IMG/VR virus record: IMGVR_UViG_3300027736_000054
Coordinates: 1 to 57,563 of that record
Strand: one strand, 5' to 3'
Length of the DNA: 57,563 nucleotides
Source: a virus
Taxonomy: Duplodnaviria; Caudoviricetes
Below are positions 35,709 to 46,157 of this stretch, piece by piece. Position 1 is the first letter of the stretch. Every line of letters starts with the position of its first letter. A program made the translations under genes and the position numbers. A model generated the notes under the pieces. It worked only from the letters and a program-made list of their open reading frames with translations. It did not search any database and was not told the DNA's origin.

Positions 35709-36086
35709 TTAACAGGCTTTGCCGCCTTTAGCTAACATTTTACCTTTGGTCTTGCCTTTTGTAGCAACCCCATCGGCACGGCTAGAAGCAGAACCGCCTT
35801 TGGCGTAACCACCCATATTCATTTTCTTAGCGACTCCGCCTTTTTTCATAGGCATAGGTGCAGCAGGAGCAGCGCCCATAGAGGCTTTCTTTTTAGCCAT
35901 CATCATTGCCATCATTTTTGGGTCCATCTTTGTAGCCATATCACCACCTCTTTTAAAAGTTTTGCCTTTATCGGCGTTTGAAAAATCTTTACCCACTGAT
36001 TGTGGAACTCCTGCTTTCTTGGCAAACGCTGGATTATGGGCCACCGCCTCCATGAATCTATGTTGTTTTGCTGATGTGCTAGGCAT
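35709..36086 (-). CDS. basic protein with C-terminal RADGVATKGKTKG motif
   Basis: Likely start MPSTSAKQHRFMEAVAH at 36086, just after the upstream stop. Confidence 0.7.
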   Translation of the reverse strand: MPSTSAKQHRFMEAVAHNPAFAKKAGVPQSVGKDFSNADKGKTFKRGGDMATKMDPKMMAMMMAKKKASMGAAPAAPMPMKKGGVAKKMNMGGYAKGGSASSRADGVATKGKTKGKMLAKGGKAC

Positions 36087-36087
36087 C

Positions 36088-36882
36088 TCAGCACATTTTC
36101 CCACGGGTTTTACCCCGTTGAGCAATACCATCTCCACGACTAGATGCGGAAACTTTACCGCCACTTTTAAATCTATCTCTGTATTTAGCGTTTTTAGCTT
36201 CTGCTCTTTCTCTAGACAAACGCTGTCCGGTGGTTTCATAGTTTTTAAAGGAATCTCCTATGCCACTAGCCGCTGAACTAGCCGCTGAACCAATTCCTTT
36301 ACCAATTGTTTCAACGGCACTTGGCCCATCTTCGGTGGTTCTTTGAATCTTACCCTTAAAGTCCCGATAAGTTGAACCCTTTGGCGCAGTAGAAGATTGT
36401 TTTTCTTGAGCGGCGCTTATTTTAGAACCAGCCATATTAACGTCATCTGCGGAAGCTCTTAAATTGGCTGCTCGCTCTTTTTCACGTTGTTTCATAGCAT
36501 CCAAAACCGCTTTACCGCCTTCTTGGTCATAAGCGCCAGTACGTGGCGATTTTACTTTTTTAACCTCTGCCGCAGAAGATTTAGAGGCAGTTGTTGATGC
36601 TGACGAAGATTGAGGAACATAATCACCCATATCTTCTTTTGCTTCTACTGGAGATGGCAGTGGTCGAGGAGTTCCTTCGCTTCTATTGATTGGAACGGGT
36701 GTTGGAGCGGCTTCTGGTTTACTAACAGGCGTAAATTTTTTATCTTCTACCGGGGGTAATGCATCAGGAACAGCCTTGCGCATACGAGCAAGAATAAAAG
36801 GGTCTGTTCGGTCTGCACCACCCAACCATTTTTCTTGTTCTGCGGTAAATCCACCAGTATCAAAACGTTTAGTCTTTTTCAT
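36088..36882 (-). CDS. low-complexity protein with C-terminal RGDGIAQRGKTRG motif
   Basis: 264-aa ORF. Confidence 0.7.
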   Translation of the reverse strand: MKKTKRFDTGGFTAEQEKWLGGADRTDPFILARMRKAVPDALPPVEDKKFTPVSKPEAAPTPVPINRSEGTPRPLPSPVEAKEDMGDYVPQSSSASTTASKSSAAEVKKVKSPRTGAYDQEGGKAVLDAMKQREKERAANLRASADDVNMAGSKISAAQEKQSSTAPKGSTYRDFKGKIQRTTEDGPSAVETIGKGIGSAASSAASGIGDSFKNYETTGQRLSRERAEAKNAKYRDRFKSGGKVSASSRGDGIAQRGKTRGKMC

Positions 36883-36885
36883 TTA

Positions 36886-37128
36886 TCACCCCTTTTGTTG
36901 AATAAGTTGGTCAATTTTTGCTTCAAGTTTGTTAAAGCGTTGGTCAATGTGGTCAGTAATTCTTTGCACTTCTGAGTTAGTAACGTAATCACGGGCAATC
37001 TCCTCACGAGTAATGTTTAAGAGGCGTTCAAGTCTTTTAATATCCTCGAACTTTTCACGAAGAAAAAACCACAATGCGCCCATAAGGAGCGATAGTGCGG
37101 CTGACCATATGGTGTTGATATCCATCAA
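36886..37128 (-). CDS. small TM plus coiled-coil protein
   Basis: N-terminal TM segment; TREEIARDYVT...LEAKID. Confidence 0.7.
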   Translation of the reverse strand: MMDINTIWSAALSLLMGALWFFLREKFEDIKRLERLLNITREEIARDYVTNSEVQRITDHIDQRFNKLEAKIDQLIQQKG

Positions 37129-37439
37129 ACAAACCTACCTTTGGTTTTTCCCTTTGTAACACAACCATCTGCCTGTGTCACATACCCACCACCAGCACAG
37201 TTCCATGCCCGCAAAGATTTGTTAATCCTGCTATCTGGGTCATTGGCCGTTTTTGCTGATGTGAGTTTCTTTTTCATTCCTGACATCCTTGCACAGAACG
37301 AATCTTTGCGTGAACCACCCTCTGGTTGAGGCGCTTTTAAATTCATCCCTTGTTTTTTTGCAGACGCTCTCCCTTTAGCATTTAAGCCACCACTAGGGTT
37401 TTTTCCCTCTTTACGCTGCCATGCTGGAGTCTTTGCCAT
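37125..37439 (-). CDS. conserved basic phage protein (DUF6321-like)
   Basis: WQRKEGKNPSGGLNAKGR...SFCARMSGMK...SRINKSLRAWNC. Confidence 0.7.
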   Translation of the reverse strand: MAKTPAWQRKEGKNPSGGLNAKGRASAKKQGMNLKAPQPEGGSRKDSFCARMSGMKKKLTSAKTANDPDSRINKSLRAWNCAGGGYVTQADGCVTKGKTKGRFV

Positions 37440-37483
37440 AATGTCTTGACTTTACTTTGTTTTTGTGTTTTATGCAATTAATT

Positions 37484-38467
37484 TTACCAACTTGTAATGA
37501 TAACCAAACCATCACCACCATCGCCCCCTTTGCCGCCTGTTGTTCCAGTGAATCCACCACCGCCACCACCTCCGCCACAGCCGTAAGCGGCTTTGCCTCC
37601 TGCGCCGCCTATGTCGGCTACTGTGCCCGTTGCTCCGCAGCCAGCGCCCCCGCCTCCAACGCCCCCAATAAACAACATCATTTTTGGAAACACCTGAAAA
37701 CCGTTTGAGCCGTTATCTCCTGCTCCGCCTCCAGCAGAGCCTCCATTAGCTATGGCGGTTGCAGGCCAACCTGCAATAACAGTAGTCATTCTTCCGCCAT
37801 TGCCACCCGAACCATTTGCAGCCGCATATCCGCCCCCGCCACCCCCGCCACAAGTAATTGACCCTGTTGTTGGATAAGTAATACTATTACCCGGATTGCC
37901 GTTAATTCCTCCGCCAGCACTACCCGCCTGTCCAGCAACACCTACAGATCCTGTAGCTGTAGAGTAAGCAGTTCCCAATGCTGCTAAAGGTTGACTTGCT
38001 ATACCAATACTAGAAGCAGCAGGTCCAGCAGCACCCCCTGCACTAGCAGTTCCTGCTCCTCCCGGATCGCCTGTATTTACGTTAATTAAATAATAATTAG
38101 CTATAGACGAAATGGGACAAATAGATACTACAGAAGGTTGACAAGAGCCTCCAGCAGACCCAACTGCCCCTCCAGCACCTCCATAACCTATAGACACATA
38201 TAACGTATCAGGTAAATCAAAAGCCAAAAAGAAAGAACTAACATGACCACCAGAACCACCACCACCGCCGCCACCTGCTGAACCTGCACCGCCAGCAAAA
38301 CCACCACCTCCGCCACTTCCAGCGGCAATAGCTAAAATATGAATAAATCCAACACCCCTTGGTTTAGTCCATATTCCCCATCTTACACTGGCAGAGGAGT
38401 ATGTATTAGCAGTAAAAATCTGTTGATCTACTTTTTGATTTGTTGGTAAGTTATTTAAATCAAGCAT
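37484..38467 (-). CDS. glycine-rich tail-associated protein (paralogue 3)
   Basis: MLDLNNLPTNQKVD...WTKPRGV...GGDGLVIITSW. Confidence 0.8.
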   Translation of the reverse strand: MLDLNNLPTNQKVDQQIFTANTYSSASVRWGIWTKPRGVGFIHILAIAAGSGGGGGFAGGAGSAGGGGGGGSGGHVSSFFLAFDLPDTLYVSIGYGGAGGAVGSAGGSCQPSVVSICPISSIANYYLINVNTGDPGGAGTASAGGAAGPAASSIGIASQPLAALGTAYSTATGSVGVAGQAGSAGGGINGNPGNSITYPTTGSITCGGGGGGGYAAANGSGGNGGRMTTVIAGWPATAIANGGSAGGGAGDNGSNGFQVFPKMMLFIGGVGGGGAGCGATGTVADIGGAGGKAAYGCGGGGGGGGFTGTTGGKGGDGGDGLVIITSW

Positions 38468-38470
38468 ATA

Positions 38471-39448
38471 TCACCACGCAGTAATTATTACCAAACCATC
38501 ACCACCATCACCACCCCAACTGCCAGTAGAGCCTGTGAATCCTCCTCCACCACCGCCTCCTCCGCAACCATAAGCACCTTTGCCACCAGAACCTCCTGTG
38601 AGTCCTGTGTTACCTGTTGCAGCTTGACCCGCACCACCGCCACCTGCTCCACCATAAAAAAATAGTAAATTTGGTATAGCTTGCACTCCATTTGAACCAT
38701 TTACTCCAGCAGTTCCTGACGATGTTCCTCCAGCAGCAAATGGTTGAGCTGGGAAAACTGGTGCTGAAGCAGGTGATATATTTCCGCCCGGACCTCCAGA
38801 ATTATTTGCTGCGGAGGTATACCCCCCTCCTCCACATCCACCCATAACAATAAGCCCAGAAGTTGGTAAAATTAAACTTGTACCCGTTCCTGCAGCAGCA
38901 ATACCTCCAGCACCACCTCCTTGTCCATTAATGCCTAAATTTGCTGCGGCTGATCTACCGCTTTGCCCTAAAATTGCCACATACGAATTTGCAACTGTAC
39001 CAGATGATGAAACAGATCCGCCAGATCCTCCCGCAAGAGCGGCATTTCCACCTCCTCCGGCATTTGCATAGCAAACTGTATTGTTTGGAACCACACTTTC
39101 ATAAATTGAAATATATGTGTCAACGCCGGTAGCGCCATTAGAAGAAGCTGTACCTCCTGCGCCACCATATCCAACAGCCACATAAAGCACATCAGGTAAT
39201 GCCCATGCAGGAAAAGTAATAATTGTTTGAGATGAAGAAGCTCCCCCACCGCCACCACCAGCTGCACCTGCAACGCCAACAAACCCTCCACCTCCACCTC
39301 CACCTCCAGCAAGGCATAAAATTCTTATAAAATTAACGCCACGAGGTTTTAGCCATGCAATCCAAGTGCCGCCTTGTGATTTAGAGGTGGCATAAAAAAT
39401 TTGCCTGTCAATTTTTTGATTTGTGGGTAAATTATTAAGATCAAGCAT
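38471..39448 (-). CDS. glycine-rich tail-associated protein (paralogue 2)
   Basis: MLDLNNLPTNQKID...WLKPRGV...GGDGLVIITAW. Confidence 0.8.
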   Translation of the reverse strand: MLDLNNLPTNQKIDRQIFYATSKSQGGTWIAWLKPRGVNFIRILCLAGGGGGGGGFVGVAGAAGGGGGGASSSQTIITFPAWALPDVLYVAVGYGGAGGTASSNGATGVDTYISIYESVVPNNTVCYANAGGGGNAALAGGSGGSVSSSGTVANSYVAILGQSGRSAAANLGINGQGGGAGGIAAAGTGTSLILPTSGLIVMGGCGGGGYTSAANNSGGPGGNISPASAPVFPAQPFAAGGTSSGTAGVNGSNGVQAIPNLLFFYGGAGGGGAGQAATGNTGLTGGSGGKGAYGCGGGGGGGGFTGSTGSWGGDGGDGLVIITAW

Positions 39449-39451
39449 AAA

Positions 39452-40411
39452 TCACCATGAAGTAATGATTACAAGACCATCGCCACCATTGCCGCCATAA
39501 CCGCCAGATGATCCGGTAAAACCACCGCCTCCACCACCGCCGCCACAACCATATTGCCCATTACCGCCTGAGCCGCCATTTAAACCTGTATTACCTGTTG
39601 CAGCTTGACCCGCTCCACCGCCCCCAGCGCCGCCTGTGCCAAATGGCAAATTTGGAAACATTTGAACTCCGTTAGAGCCATTACTGCCTACCGTTCCAGC
39701 AGCTGTTCCCGCAGTTCCGCCAGAAAGACCTGTAGGGAAAAAAGTATTTGCAACTCCATTAATATTTCCGCCAGCGTTGCCAGCAGAATTTGCGGCAGTA
39801 GCATAAGAGCCACCTGCTGCACCGCCTGTAGTAAGTGAATTTGTAAGAGTTATTGAATTTCCCGCAGAAACAATACCTCCAGCACCACCTGCTTGTCCAG
39901 CAGCACTTTGACTTCCAGAAACACCTGAATAAAACGTTCCTATAGATGCTAAACAAGCGCTATTAATAATAGTAGCAGGGCCAGCAACACCAGCACCACC
40001 AGCACCAGTACCCCCCGTTCCAGCAAGAACAGCATGAATTACGTTATTGCCTGTAGTAGATGGATATATTGAAATATATGTATTTATACCAGCTGATCCA
40101 GCGCCTGCTGTAATTGATCCAGCGCCACCTTTTCCAACTGATACATAAAGCACATCAGGAAGCATCCAAGCGGGAAATAATGATGAAACATACGCACCAC
40201 CACTGCCACCCCCGCCTCCACTTGCTGATCCAGCAACTGCTCTTGCGCCACCGCCGCCGCCAGATCCTCCGGCTATAGCCAAAATAGAAATAAAATTAAC
40301 GCCTCTGGGTTTAATCCAAGTTACCCATCCTACTCCAGACGTTTGAGAATTAGCGTAGAAAGTCTGCTTATCAACCTTTTGGTTTGTTAAAAGATCGTTT
40401 AAGTCAAGCAT
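39452..40411 (-). CDS. glycine-rich tail-associated protein (paralogue 1)
   Basis: MLDLNDLLTNQKVD...WIKPRGV...GGDGLVIITSW. Confidence 0.8.
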   Translation of the reverse strand: MLDLNDLLTNQKVDKQTFYANSQTSGVGWVTWIKPRGVNFISILAIAGGSGGGGGARAVAGSASGGGGGSGGAYVSSLFPAWMLPDVLYVSVGKGGAGSITAGAGSAGINTYISIYPSTTGNNVIHAVLAGTGGTGAGGAGVAGPATIINSACLASIGTFYSGVSGSQSAAGQAGGAGGIVSAGNSITLTNSLTTGGAAGGSYATAANSAGNAGGNINGVANTFFPTGLSGGTAGTAAGTVGSNGSNGVQMFPNLPFGTGGAGGGGAGQAATGNTGLNGGSGGNGQYGCGGGGGGGGFTGSSGGYGGNGGDGLVIITSW

Positions 40412-40836
40412 TAGTAAGCGCCAGCAATTACCGTTGGGTTCCAGCCTGATGCAAGAGCAGAAGCCGCAGAAATACCAATAACAATTCTGTACCCCGCAGG
40501 TAAAGCAAAGTTTAATGGATAATCAATATCAACCGTACCCGCAGTTGTTGAAGCAGTTGTAGCAGGTAAAGACAATTCACCATAAAACGTGTTGTTTGCC
40601 GCAGTTGCATTAGTTGACCCGTTGTTTATATAAATACGAGCAACAGACACAGCATTTGTGCCTACCGCTTTAAAACGAATACGTTGTACAAATCCACCGT
40701 TAGTCGCATTAGCCGTGAACGCTACTACGTTGTTTGCGCCTGTACCAACGTAATCAGTAACAACCGATGTACCGATAGCTGTTCCTAAACTAATTGCTCC
40801 TGCGTTTGAAAAAATTGGTGCTGTATTTGCCGCCAT
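40411..40836 (-). CDS. virion structural protein
   Basis: 141-aa beta-rich ORF with GGAG RBS. Confidence 0.7.
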   Translation of the reverse strand: MAANTAPIFSNAGAISLGTAIGTSVVTDYVGTGANNVVAFTANATNGGFVQRIRFKAVGTNAVSVARIYINNGSTNATAANNTFYGELSLPATTASTTAGTVDIDYPLNFALPAGYRIVIGISAASALASGWNPTVIAGAY

Positions 40837-40847
40837 AAAAAACTCCT

Positions 40848-41363
40848 TTAAATCATGTTCCAGCCTTGGGCTGTTGTTACTACTGAACCTAACGTGACTC
40901 CGCCTCCGCTTCCAGTTGAATCAATTTGGATTGTCCCTGAACCGTTTGTAACTGTAATTCCTGTTCCTGCTGTTAAGGTAGCGTAAGAAAATCCAGTTCC
41001 GTTACCAATTAACAATTGTCCGTTTGATGGGGTTGAAGCATAACTAATTGCCAATGTACCAGACGCTGTAATTGGAGAGCCTGAAACAGATAAAAAGTTA
41101 GGAACAGTAGCGGCTACGCTTGTTACTGTACCAGTTCCACTAGAAGAAATCCACGATGTATCTGTTCCATTTGTGCTTAAAACTTTTCCGCTATTGCTTG
41201 TCTGAGACGGCAATAAAGCGTTTAAACCAGCGTTTGCTGTTGTTTGTCCTGTACCGCCATTAGTAATAGCCAAAGCCGTTGTGGGTGCGATTGCACCACC
41301 AACATTCAACGTACCTGTTGATGGCGTCAGCGTGTCTGATACTTGGTCGGTATTAATAGCCAT
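40848..41363 (-). CDS. short tail-fibre-like protein
   Basis: NGGTG and GTVTSV fibre repeats. Confidence 0.7.
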   Translation of the reverse strand: MAINTDQVSDTLTPSTGTLNVGGAIAPTTALAITNGGTGQTTANAGLNALLPSQTSNSGKVLSTNGTDTSWISSSGTGTVTSVAATVPNFLSVSGSPITASGTLAISYASTPSNGQLLIGNGTGFSYATLTAGTGITVTNGSGTIQIDSTGSGGGVTLGSVVTTAQGWNMI

Positions 41364-41365
41364 GT

Positions 41366-41638
41366 TTATACATCCTCTGCGCCAGCATACTCAGTAAGCG
41401 TTTTTAAGGATGTGTAGATTGCAGGAATTAAATCACCCTGCAAATCTGCAATACCGATGTAATGGGCGTTTTCTTTGATTGTTTGCAAGTTACTTTGTCT
41501 TGCATCAGCTGATGAATGAATAGCAACTTGTACTTGAATCTGGTCTTTAGTCCCGTAAAAATTGGTAATACGGGCATAAGCCTCGGCACAAGTTTGACCC
41601 GTTGTTGGGTTGATTACGTTTGTTAGTTTTAAAGCCAT
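41366..41638 (-). CDS. putative tail fibre assembly protein
   Basis: Follows the long fibre gene; ends YTSLKTLTEYAGAEDV. Confidence 0.55.
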   Translation of the reverse strand: MALKLTNVINPTTGQTCAEAYARITNFYGTKDQIQVQVAIHSSADARQSNLQTIKENAHYIGIADLQGDLIPAIYTSLKTLTEYAGAEDV

Positions 41639-41647
41639 TGTTTACTC

Positions 41648-44600
41648 CTAGTATGTCATTTCTGTTGTTTCTACTTTGCAAACCCAACGAATTGTTGTAG
41701 CCGCTTGTCCTGTTACTGTAAATGCCAAAGCACCATTAGTTGTGTCAGCCGTTGCAGTTACCGCCCATGTTGATGCCCCTGCATCATAAGCCGTTCTTAC
41801 AGTTGTTACTGTACCAACAATAACAGTAGACGCAGCATTTGCACCACGTTTGATTGAGCCTTCTAATGTCCAAGATGCGGTATTTCCTGCACCCGTTACA
41901 CCAGCAATAACCATTGCTTTAAACGCATACGCAGAGTTATTAGGCAAGGTTACTTGGTTTGACCCTGATGCCGCATTTACGTCTGATGGAATGACTGTGG
42001 CAGTAGCATCTGTAGTCTGTCTACCAAGAACAAGTATTGCAGATTGACTTGCTCCTAATGCTGTTACAACAGGACTTACAGAGCCTGTAAAAACTACATT
42101 TCCATTAATTGCCCTTGATGTTCCTTGTTGACCACCAATGACAGAAGTATACGAACCACTTGCAGTATTAGCATTTCCAGAAGTAATAGCCGCACCAAAA
42201 CCAGTTGCACTATGTCCAGCACCAGCACCAATAAAAGCATATGTACCACTAGCAAGATTTAGTGTTCCAGCTCCAACAAACGAAGAAGTACCGCTTGCTG
42301 TATTTCCTTGTATAACAGAAGTGGCAGATACTAAACCCCCTCCTGCAACAACAGAGCCAATACCTGATGCTACGTTTTTACTTCCACCACCAACAACACT
42401 CCAGTCCCCTGACGCAGTATTTCTATTAGTTGCAGTCCCTGCATCACCACCGCCACCAATAAAGCTAAAACTACCCGTAGCCTGATTGTTACCACCGCCT
42501 ACTACCACGCCATGAGGTGTAAAGAAGTTGAGTGTGTTTGTTGTTGAACCCGATGCCACTTGGGATAGCGTTAGAGATGTTCCTGATATTGCCGCAACAT
42601 ATGTATTATTTGATATTGATGTACCAGTTATAAATTGACCAACTTTAATTGAAGCATTACTGCCTGACAAAGTAACAGCAGTTGTGCCGTTCATTGTTGC
42701 CGACTGTGTAGTTACTGCGGCACTTGCAGTCCCTGAGTTTATGTACCCACCCCCAATTACGCTGTAATAGCCTGCAGCTGTATTGCTAGTACCGCCACCA
42801 ACAAAAGTGTAATTAAGCGTGGCAGTATTAGCAGTACCACCTACAATAACAGCGGCAAACCCTGCTACTGCATTAAATTGACCACCAGCAACAACAGACG
42901 AGCCGCCAGTAACTGTATTAGATTGACCGCCACCAATAGTAGAGCCTGCACCACCACTAGCCACATGGGTTGCCGCAGTTCTTAAGGTCTGCCAATCTAC
43001 TGCATTAGCACCTCGTACATTACCACCAACAGTAGTAGATGTGGGTTTTTGTGCTTGCAAAGCACCCGTACCCAAAGGCTGAAGCACTAAAGGTGTGTTT
43101 GTTCCACCAGCCGCCAACACTTGAGGATAAGACGCATCACCAACAATCTGAATAGACGTTGTTGACCCCGTTGCTAAACTTGCAGTACCCGTTGATTCTA
43201 AAGTTGTGAATTTACCTGTGTTTGCGGTTGTATTGCCAATAGTAGGTGGACTAGATAAATCAAGTGTTCCACCAAGGGTTAAATTTCCACTTGATGTAAC
43301 TGTGCCTGATAATGATATTCCTGATACTGTTCCAGTGCCACCAACACTTGTTACTGTTCCACTACCTTTATTGTTAAACGTAGTCCAATCGGTAGAAGTA
43401 AGGTAACCGCTTACAGAAGTAGTGGCGGCAGGCATAGATATATCTGGAGTTGCACCGCCTGTGGATGCAACAGGGCTTGTCGCAGTTACCGATGTAACAC
43501 CGCCAGTAGAAGCAGACCATGTAGCAGTAGTTCCGTTAGATGTTAAAACATAAGTGCTTGCACCAATAGCAAGCCTAGTTGCATTATTAGTTCCGTTTCC
43601 AATAATCAAATCGCCTGTTGTTGTTATTGGAGACAAAGCGTTAAAAGCCGCACCTGCCGTTGTTTGACCTGTACCGCCATTGGTCAATGCAAGCGTTCCC
43701 GCTACTGTCACTGCGCCTGTAGTTGCCGTTGCTGGAGTCAATCCAGTAGAACCAAAAGTGATTGAACTTACGCCAGAGCCTACACCTGAGAACTGCGTCC
43801 ATGTGATTGCAGTAACGCCAATCGTGCCGCCAGCATCGGATGTGCAGACCCAACCCGTATCAGCAAGGGTAGAGCCAGTTTCAACAAAGACGTAAGCGCC
43901 GGGAACTTCCGCCCAAGTATCCATGTCCGTGGTTCTTGTCCACGCCCCCGCCGCACAAAGGTAAAGACCATTATTTGCTGGCAATGTTTGGTTTTTTACC
44001 AAGACGCGGTCACCTGCGACAAGCACAACACCGTCAATTGTTTGAGTGCCACTCAAAGTAATGTTCACCGTTGTGCCGGCCACCACGCTTGCTTTGGTGT
44101 CTAAACCTTGCGCTACAGTGTCAACATAAGATTTGTTTGCAATGTCTGTGTTTGAACTAGGCGTAGTTGTTATTGTTCCTGTTGTCAAAGCAATAGAAGT
44201 TATATCTGTATTTGCACCACTTTGAGCCGCATTTAAATTAGACCTTGCGGTTGGTGCAGTTGTAGCACCCGTGCCACCATTAACAATTGCTACAGTGCCT
44301 GTTACATTGGTAGCATTTCCACTAATATTTCCAGTAACCTGAGAACCGGGCAAACTTAAAGAACTTAATGTAGTTAATGTGCTATTACTTGTTGCCGTAA
44401 TATTGGATGCGGTTCCTGTTGTATTCTGATTAAGAGTTGGAATATCTGTTGCAACAATAGCTCTAAATGTAGGAACTCCAGCAGCTCCATCTGGGGCGGC
44501 TAAAACATAATTAGCAGTCTTAGATGCGTAAGGATTTAAAGTATCTCCATACCCACCAGCCAAAGAAATTGCGGGTGTTGTGCCGCCACTTGAATTAACG

Positions 44601-45130
44601 GGAGAAGTTCCAGTTACAGAGGTGACCGTTCCGCCTGATGAGGGACTAGTATTGATAATTGTGAAATTAGGATAAGTGCCTGTAACGGAGATTCCCGTTC
44701 CATTATTTAATACAACTGTTTGGTCGGGTGCTGTATTAGTTATATTTAACGTACCACTTGTCGTTATCGGACTACCTGTAATAGAAATACCCGTGCCCGG
44801 AGTTGCGGCTACACTCGTTACTGAGCCACTTCCTTTATTGTTAAAAGTTGTCCAATCAGTAGAAGTCAAATAACCACTTACTGATGTGGTGGCTGCGGGC
44901 ATACTGATTACAGGGCTTGTTCCTCCTGATGAAGCTACGGGTGAAGTTGCGCCAACAGAAATTACACCCCCATCATTATAATAAGCTAAACTATTCCATG
45001 CCGTAGTACCATCACCAATTTTAATTTTGTATGTGTCTGTTTCTAAACCCATTTCTCCTTGTGACAGGGTTGGGTTAGTGGCCGTCCATTGACTTGCTGT
45101 GCCTCGTCTTAGTTGTATCTGAACAGCCAT
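41648..45130 (-). CDS. long tail fibre with Mtd-N-like N-terminal domain
   Basis: IQLRRGTASQW...GEMGLETDT..KIGDGTTAWNSL; T/G/S-rich fibre repeats; GGGxxN beta-helix repeats. Confidence 0.85.
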   Translation of the reverse strand: MAVQIQLRRGTASQWTATNPTLSQGEMGLETDTYKIKIGDGTTAWNSLAYYNDGGVISVGATSPVASSGGTSPVISMPAATTSVSGYLTSTDWTTFNNKGSGSVTSVAATPGTGISITGSPITTSGTLNITNTAPDQTVVLNNGTGISVTGTYPNFTIINTSPSSGGTVTSVTGTSPVNSSGGTTPAISLAGGYGDTLNPYASKTANYVLAAPDGAAGVPTFRAIVATDIPTLNQNTTGTASNITATSNSTLTTLSSLSLPGSQVTGNISGNATNVTGTVAIVNGGTGATTAPTARSNLNAAQSGANTDITSIALTTGTITTTPSSNTDIANKSYVDTVAQGLDTKASVVAGTTVNITLSGTQTIDGVVLVAGDRVLVKNQTLPANNGLYLCAAGAWTRTTDMDTWAEVPGAYVFVETGSTLADTGWVCTSDAGGTIGVTAITWTQFSGVGSGVSSITFGSTGLTPATATTGAVTVAGTLALTNGGTGQTTAGAAFNALSPITTTGDLIIGNGTNNATRLAIGASTYVLTSNGTTATWSASTGGVTSVTATSPVASTGGATPDISMPAATTSVSGYLTSTDWTTFNNKGSGTVTSVGGTGTVSGISLSGTVTSSGNLTLGGTLDLSSPPTIGNTTANTGKFTTLESTGTASLATGSTTSIQIVGDASYPQVLAAGGTNTPLVLQPLGTGALQAQKPTSTTVGGNVRGANAVDWQTLRTAATHVASGGAGSTIGGGQSNTVTGGSSVVAGGQFNAVAGFAAVIVGGTANTATLNYTFVGGGTSNTAAGYYSVIGGGYINSGTASAAVTTQSATMNGTTAVTLSGSNASIKVGQFITGTSISNNTYVAAISGTSLTLSQVASGSTTNTLNFFTPHGVVVGGGNNQATGSFSFIGGGGDAGTATNRNTASGDWSVVGGGSKNVASGIGSVVAGGGLVSATSVIQGNTASGTSSFVGAGTLNLASGTYAFIGAGAGHSATGFGAAITSGNANTASGSYTSVIGGQQGTSRAINGNVVFTGSVSPVVTALGASQSAILVLGRQTTDATATVIPSDVNAASGSNQVTLPNNSAYAFKAMVIAGVTGAGNTASWTLEGSIKRGANAASTVIVGTVTTVRTAYDAGASTWAVTATADTTNGALAFTVTGQAATTIRWVCKVETTEMTY

Positions 45131-45594
45131 TATGGTCCCCCTCCATCTACAGCAGTTGTTCCGCCGTAGTTTGAATTATAAAGACCGCCATCAAGATTAG
45201 GACTACCTGTTGACGGAATAGCCCACGAGCCATCGCCACGCCAAAATGAGGTAGCAGAAGCGGATGTACCGCTATTTAAATTTGTAACAGGTAAATTTCC
45301 AGTAACTTGCGTAACCAAACTTACGTTACTTAACGCCCCACCAAGCGTTAAATTTCCCGCCGTTGTAACTGTGCCTGTTAAAGCAATACCGTTTACTGTT
45401 CCAGTTCCACCAACAGACGTAACGGTTCCTCCGCCCGGTCCACCTCCACCCGGCGCCCAACCTGAAGCCGTTAAAACGTATGCTTGTTGTCCAGCCAAAG
45501 GCTGTGGAACCTCACCTTGTATCCCGTCTGTTGAAACAGTAGGAGCAGTAAAGGTTCCAAAATCTACAATACCCGTATGCGGGGCAATAGACAT
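45130..45594 (-). CDS. short tail-fibre-like protein
   Basis: GTVTSVGG and FWRGDGSW motifs. Confidence 0.65.
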   Translation of the reverse strand: MSIAPHTGIVDFGTFTAPTVSTDGIQGEVPQPLAGQQAYVLTASGWAPGGGGPGGGTVTSVGGTGTVNGIALTGTVTTAGNLTLGGALSNVSLVTQVTGNLPVTNLNSGTSASATSFWRGDGSWAIPSTGSPNLDGGLYNSNYGGTTAVDGGGP

Positions 45595-46157
45595 TACAAA
45601 CTCTCTATAAGTTTTTGGTGCTTGGCTATGATTGCGTCTTTAACTGATTGTGCTTCAGCAATAGCCGCATCAAGTGTTGCTTGAGAATTTGCAAGAATCT
45701 TACTACGAGCCGTGTAATCCGCAACAATAACATCCGCACTAGCCTTGGATTGCTCGGCATCTTTTAAAGCCTGTTTAACTGCTTTAGCGTCTGCTTTTGC
45801 TTCATCTTTAGCGGCTTTTGCTTCACCAGCAAGTGCAGCCATTTCCTCGTTGGTGCGATTAACTGTAGCCGCTGCCTGCGAATTTGCCGTTGCCAACATT
45901 TCATCGGCTTTGGTTTGCGCATCTTTAATTTTTGCTACTGCCTCGTCCCTAGCGGATTTGGTTTGCTCACGCAAACTCAAAATATCCTTTGCAGGGCCAA
46001 CGGCGTCAATAACTTTTTTATGTTCATTGATTGCGTCTTGCAAAGCTTGTATTTTGGAGTTGTAAGCATCAGGATTTGAAACAATTGCAAACAAATCCAT
46101 AAGCTGATTAGAGCCGCCACCCCCCATTGGAGTTCCGTCTTGGTTATAAGTGTTCAT
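45594..46157 (-). CDS. Ala-rich coiled-coil protein
   Basis: 187-aa ORF coupled within the operon. Confidence 0.7.
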   Translation of the reverse strand: MNTYNQDGTPMGGGGSNQLMDLFAIVSNPDAYNSKIQALQDAINEHKKVIDAVGPAKDILSLREQTKSARDEAVAKIKDAQTKADEMLATANSQAAATVNRTNEEMAALAGEAKAAKDEAKADAKAVKQALKDAEQSKASADVIVADYTARSKILANSQATLDAAIAEAQSVKDAIIAKHQKLIESL

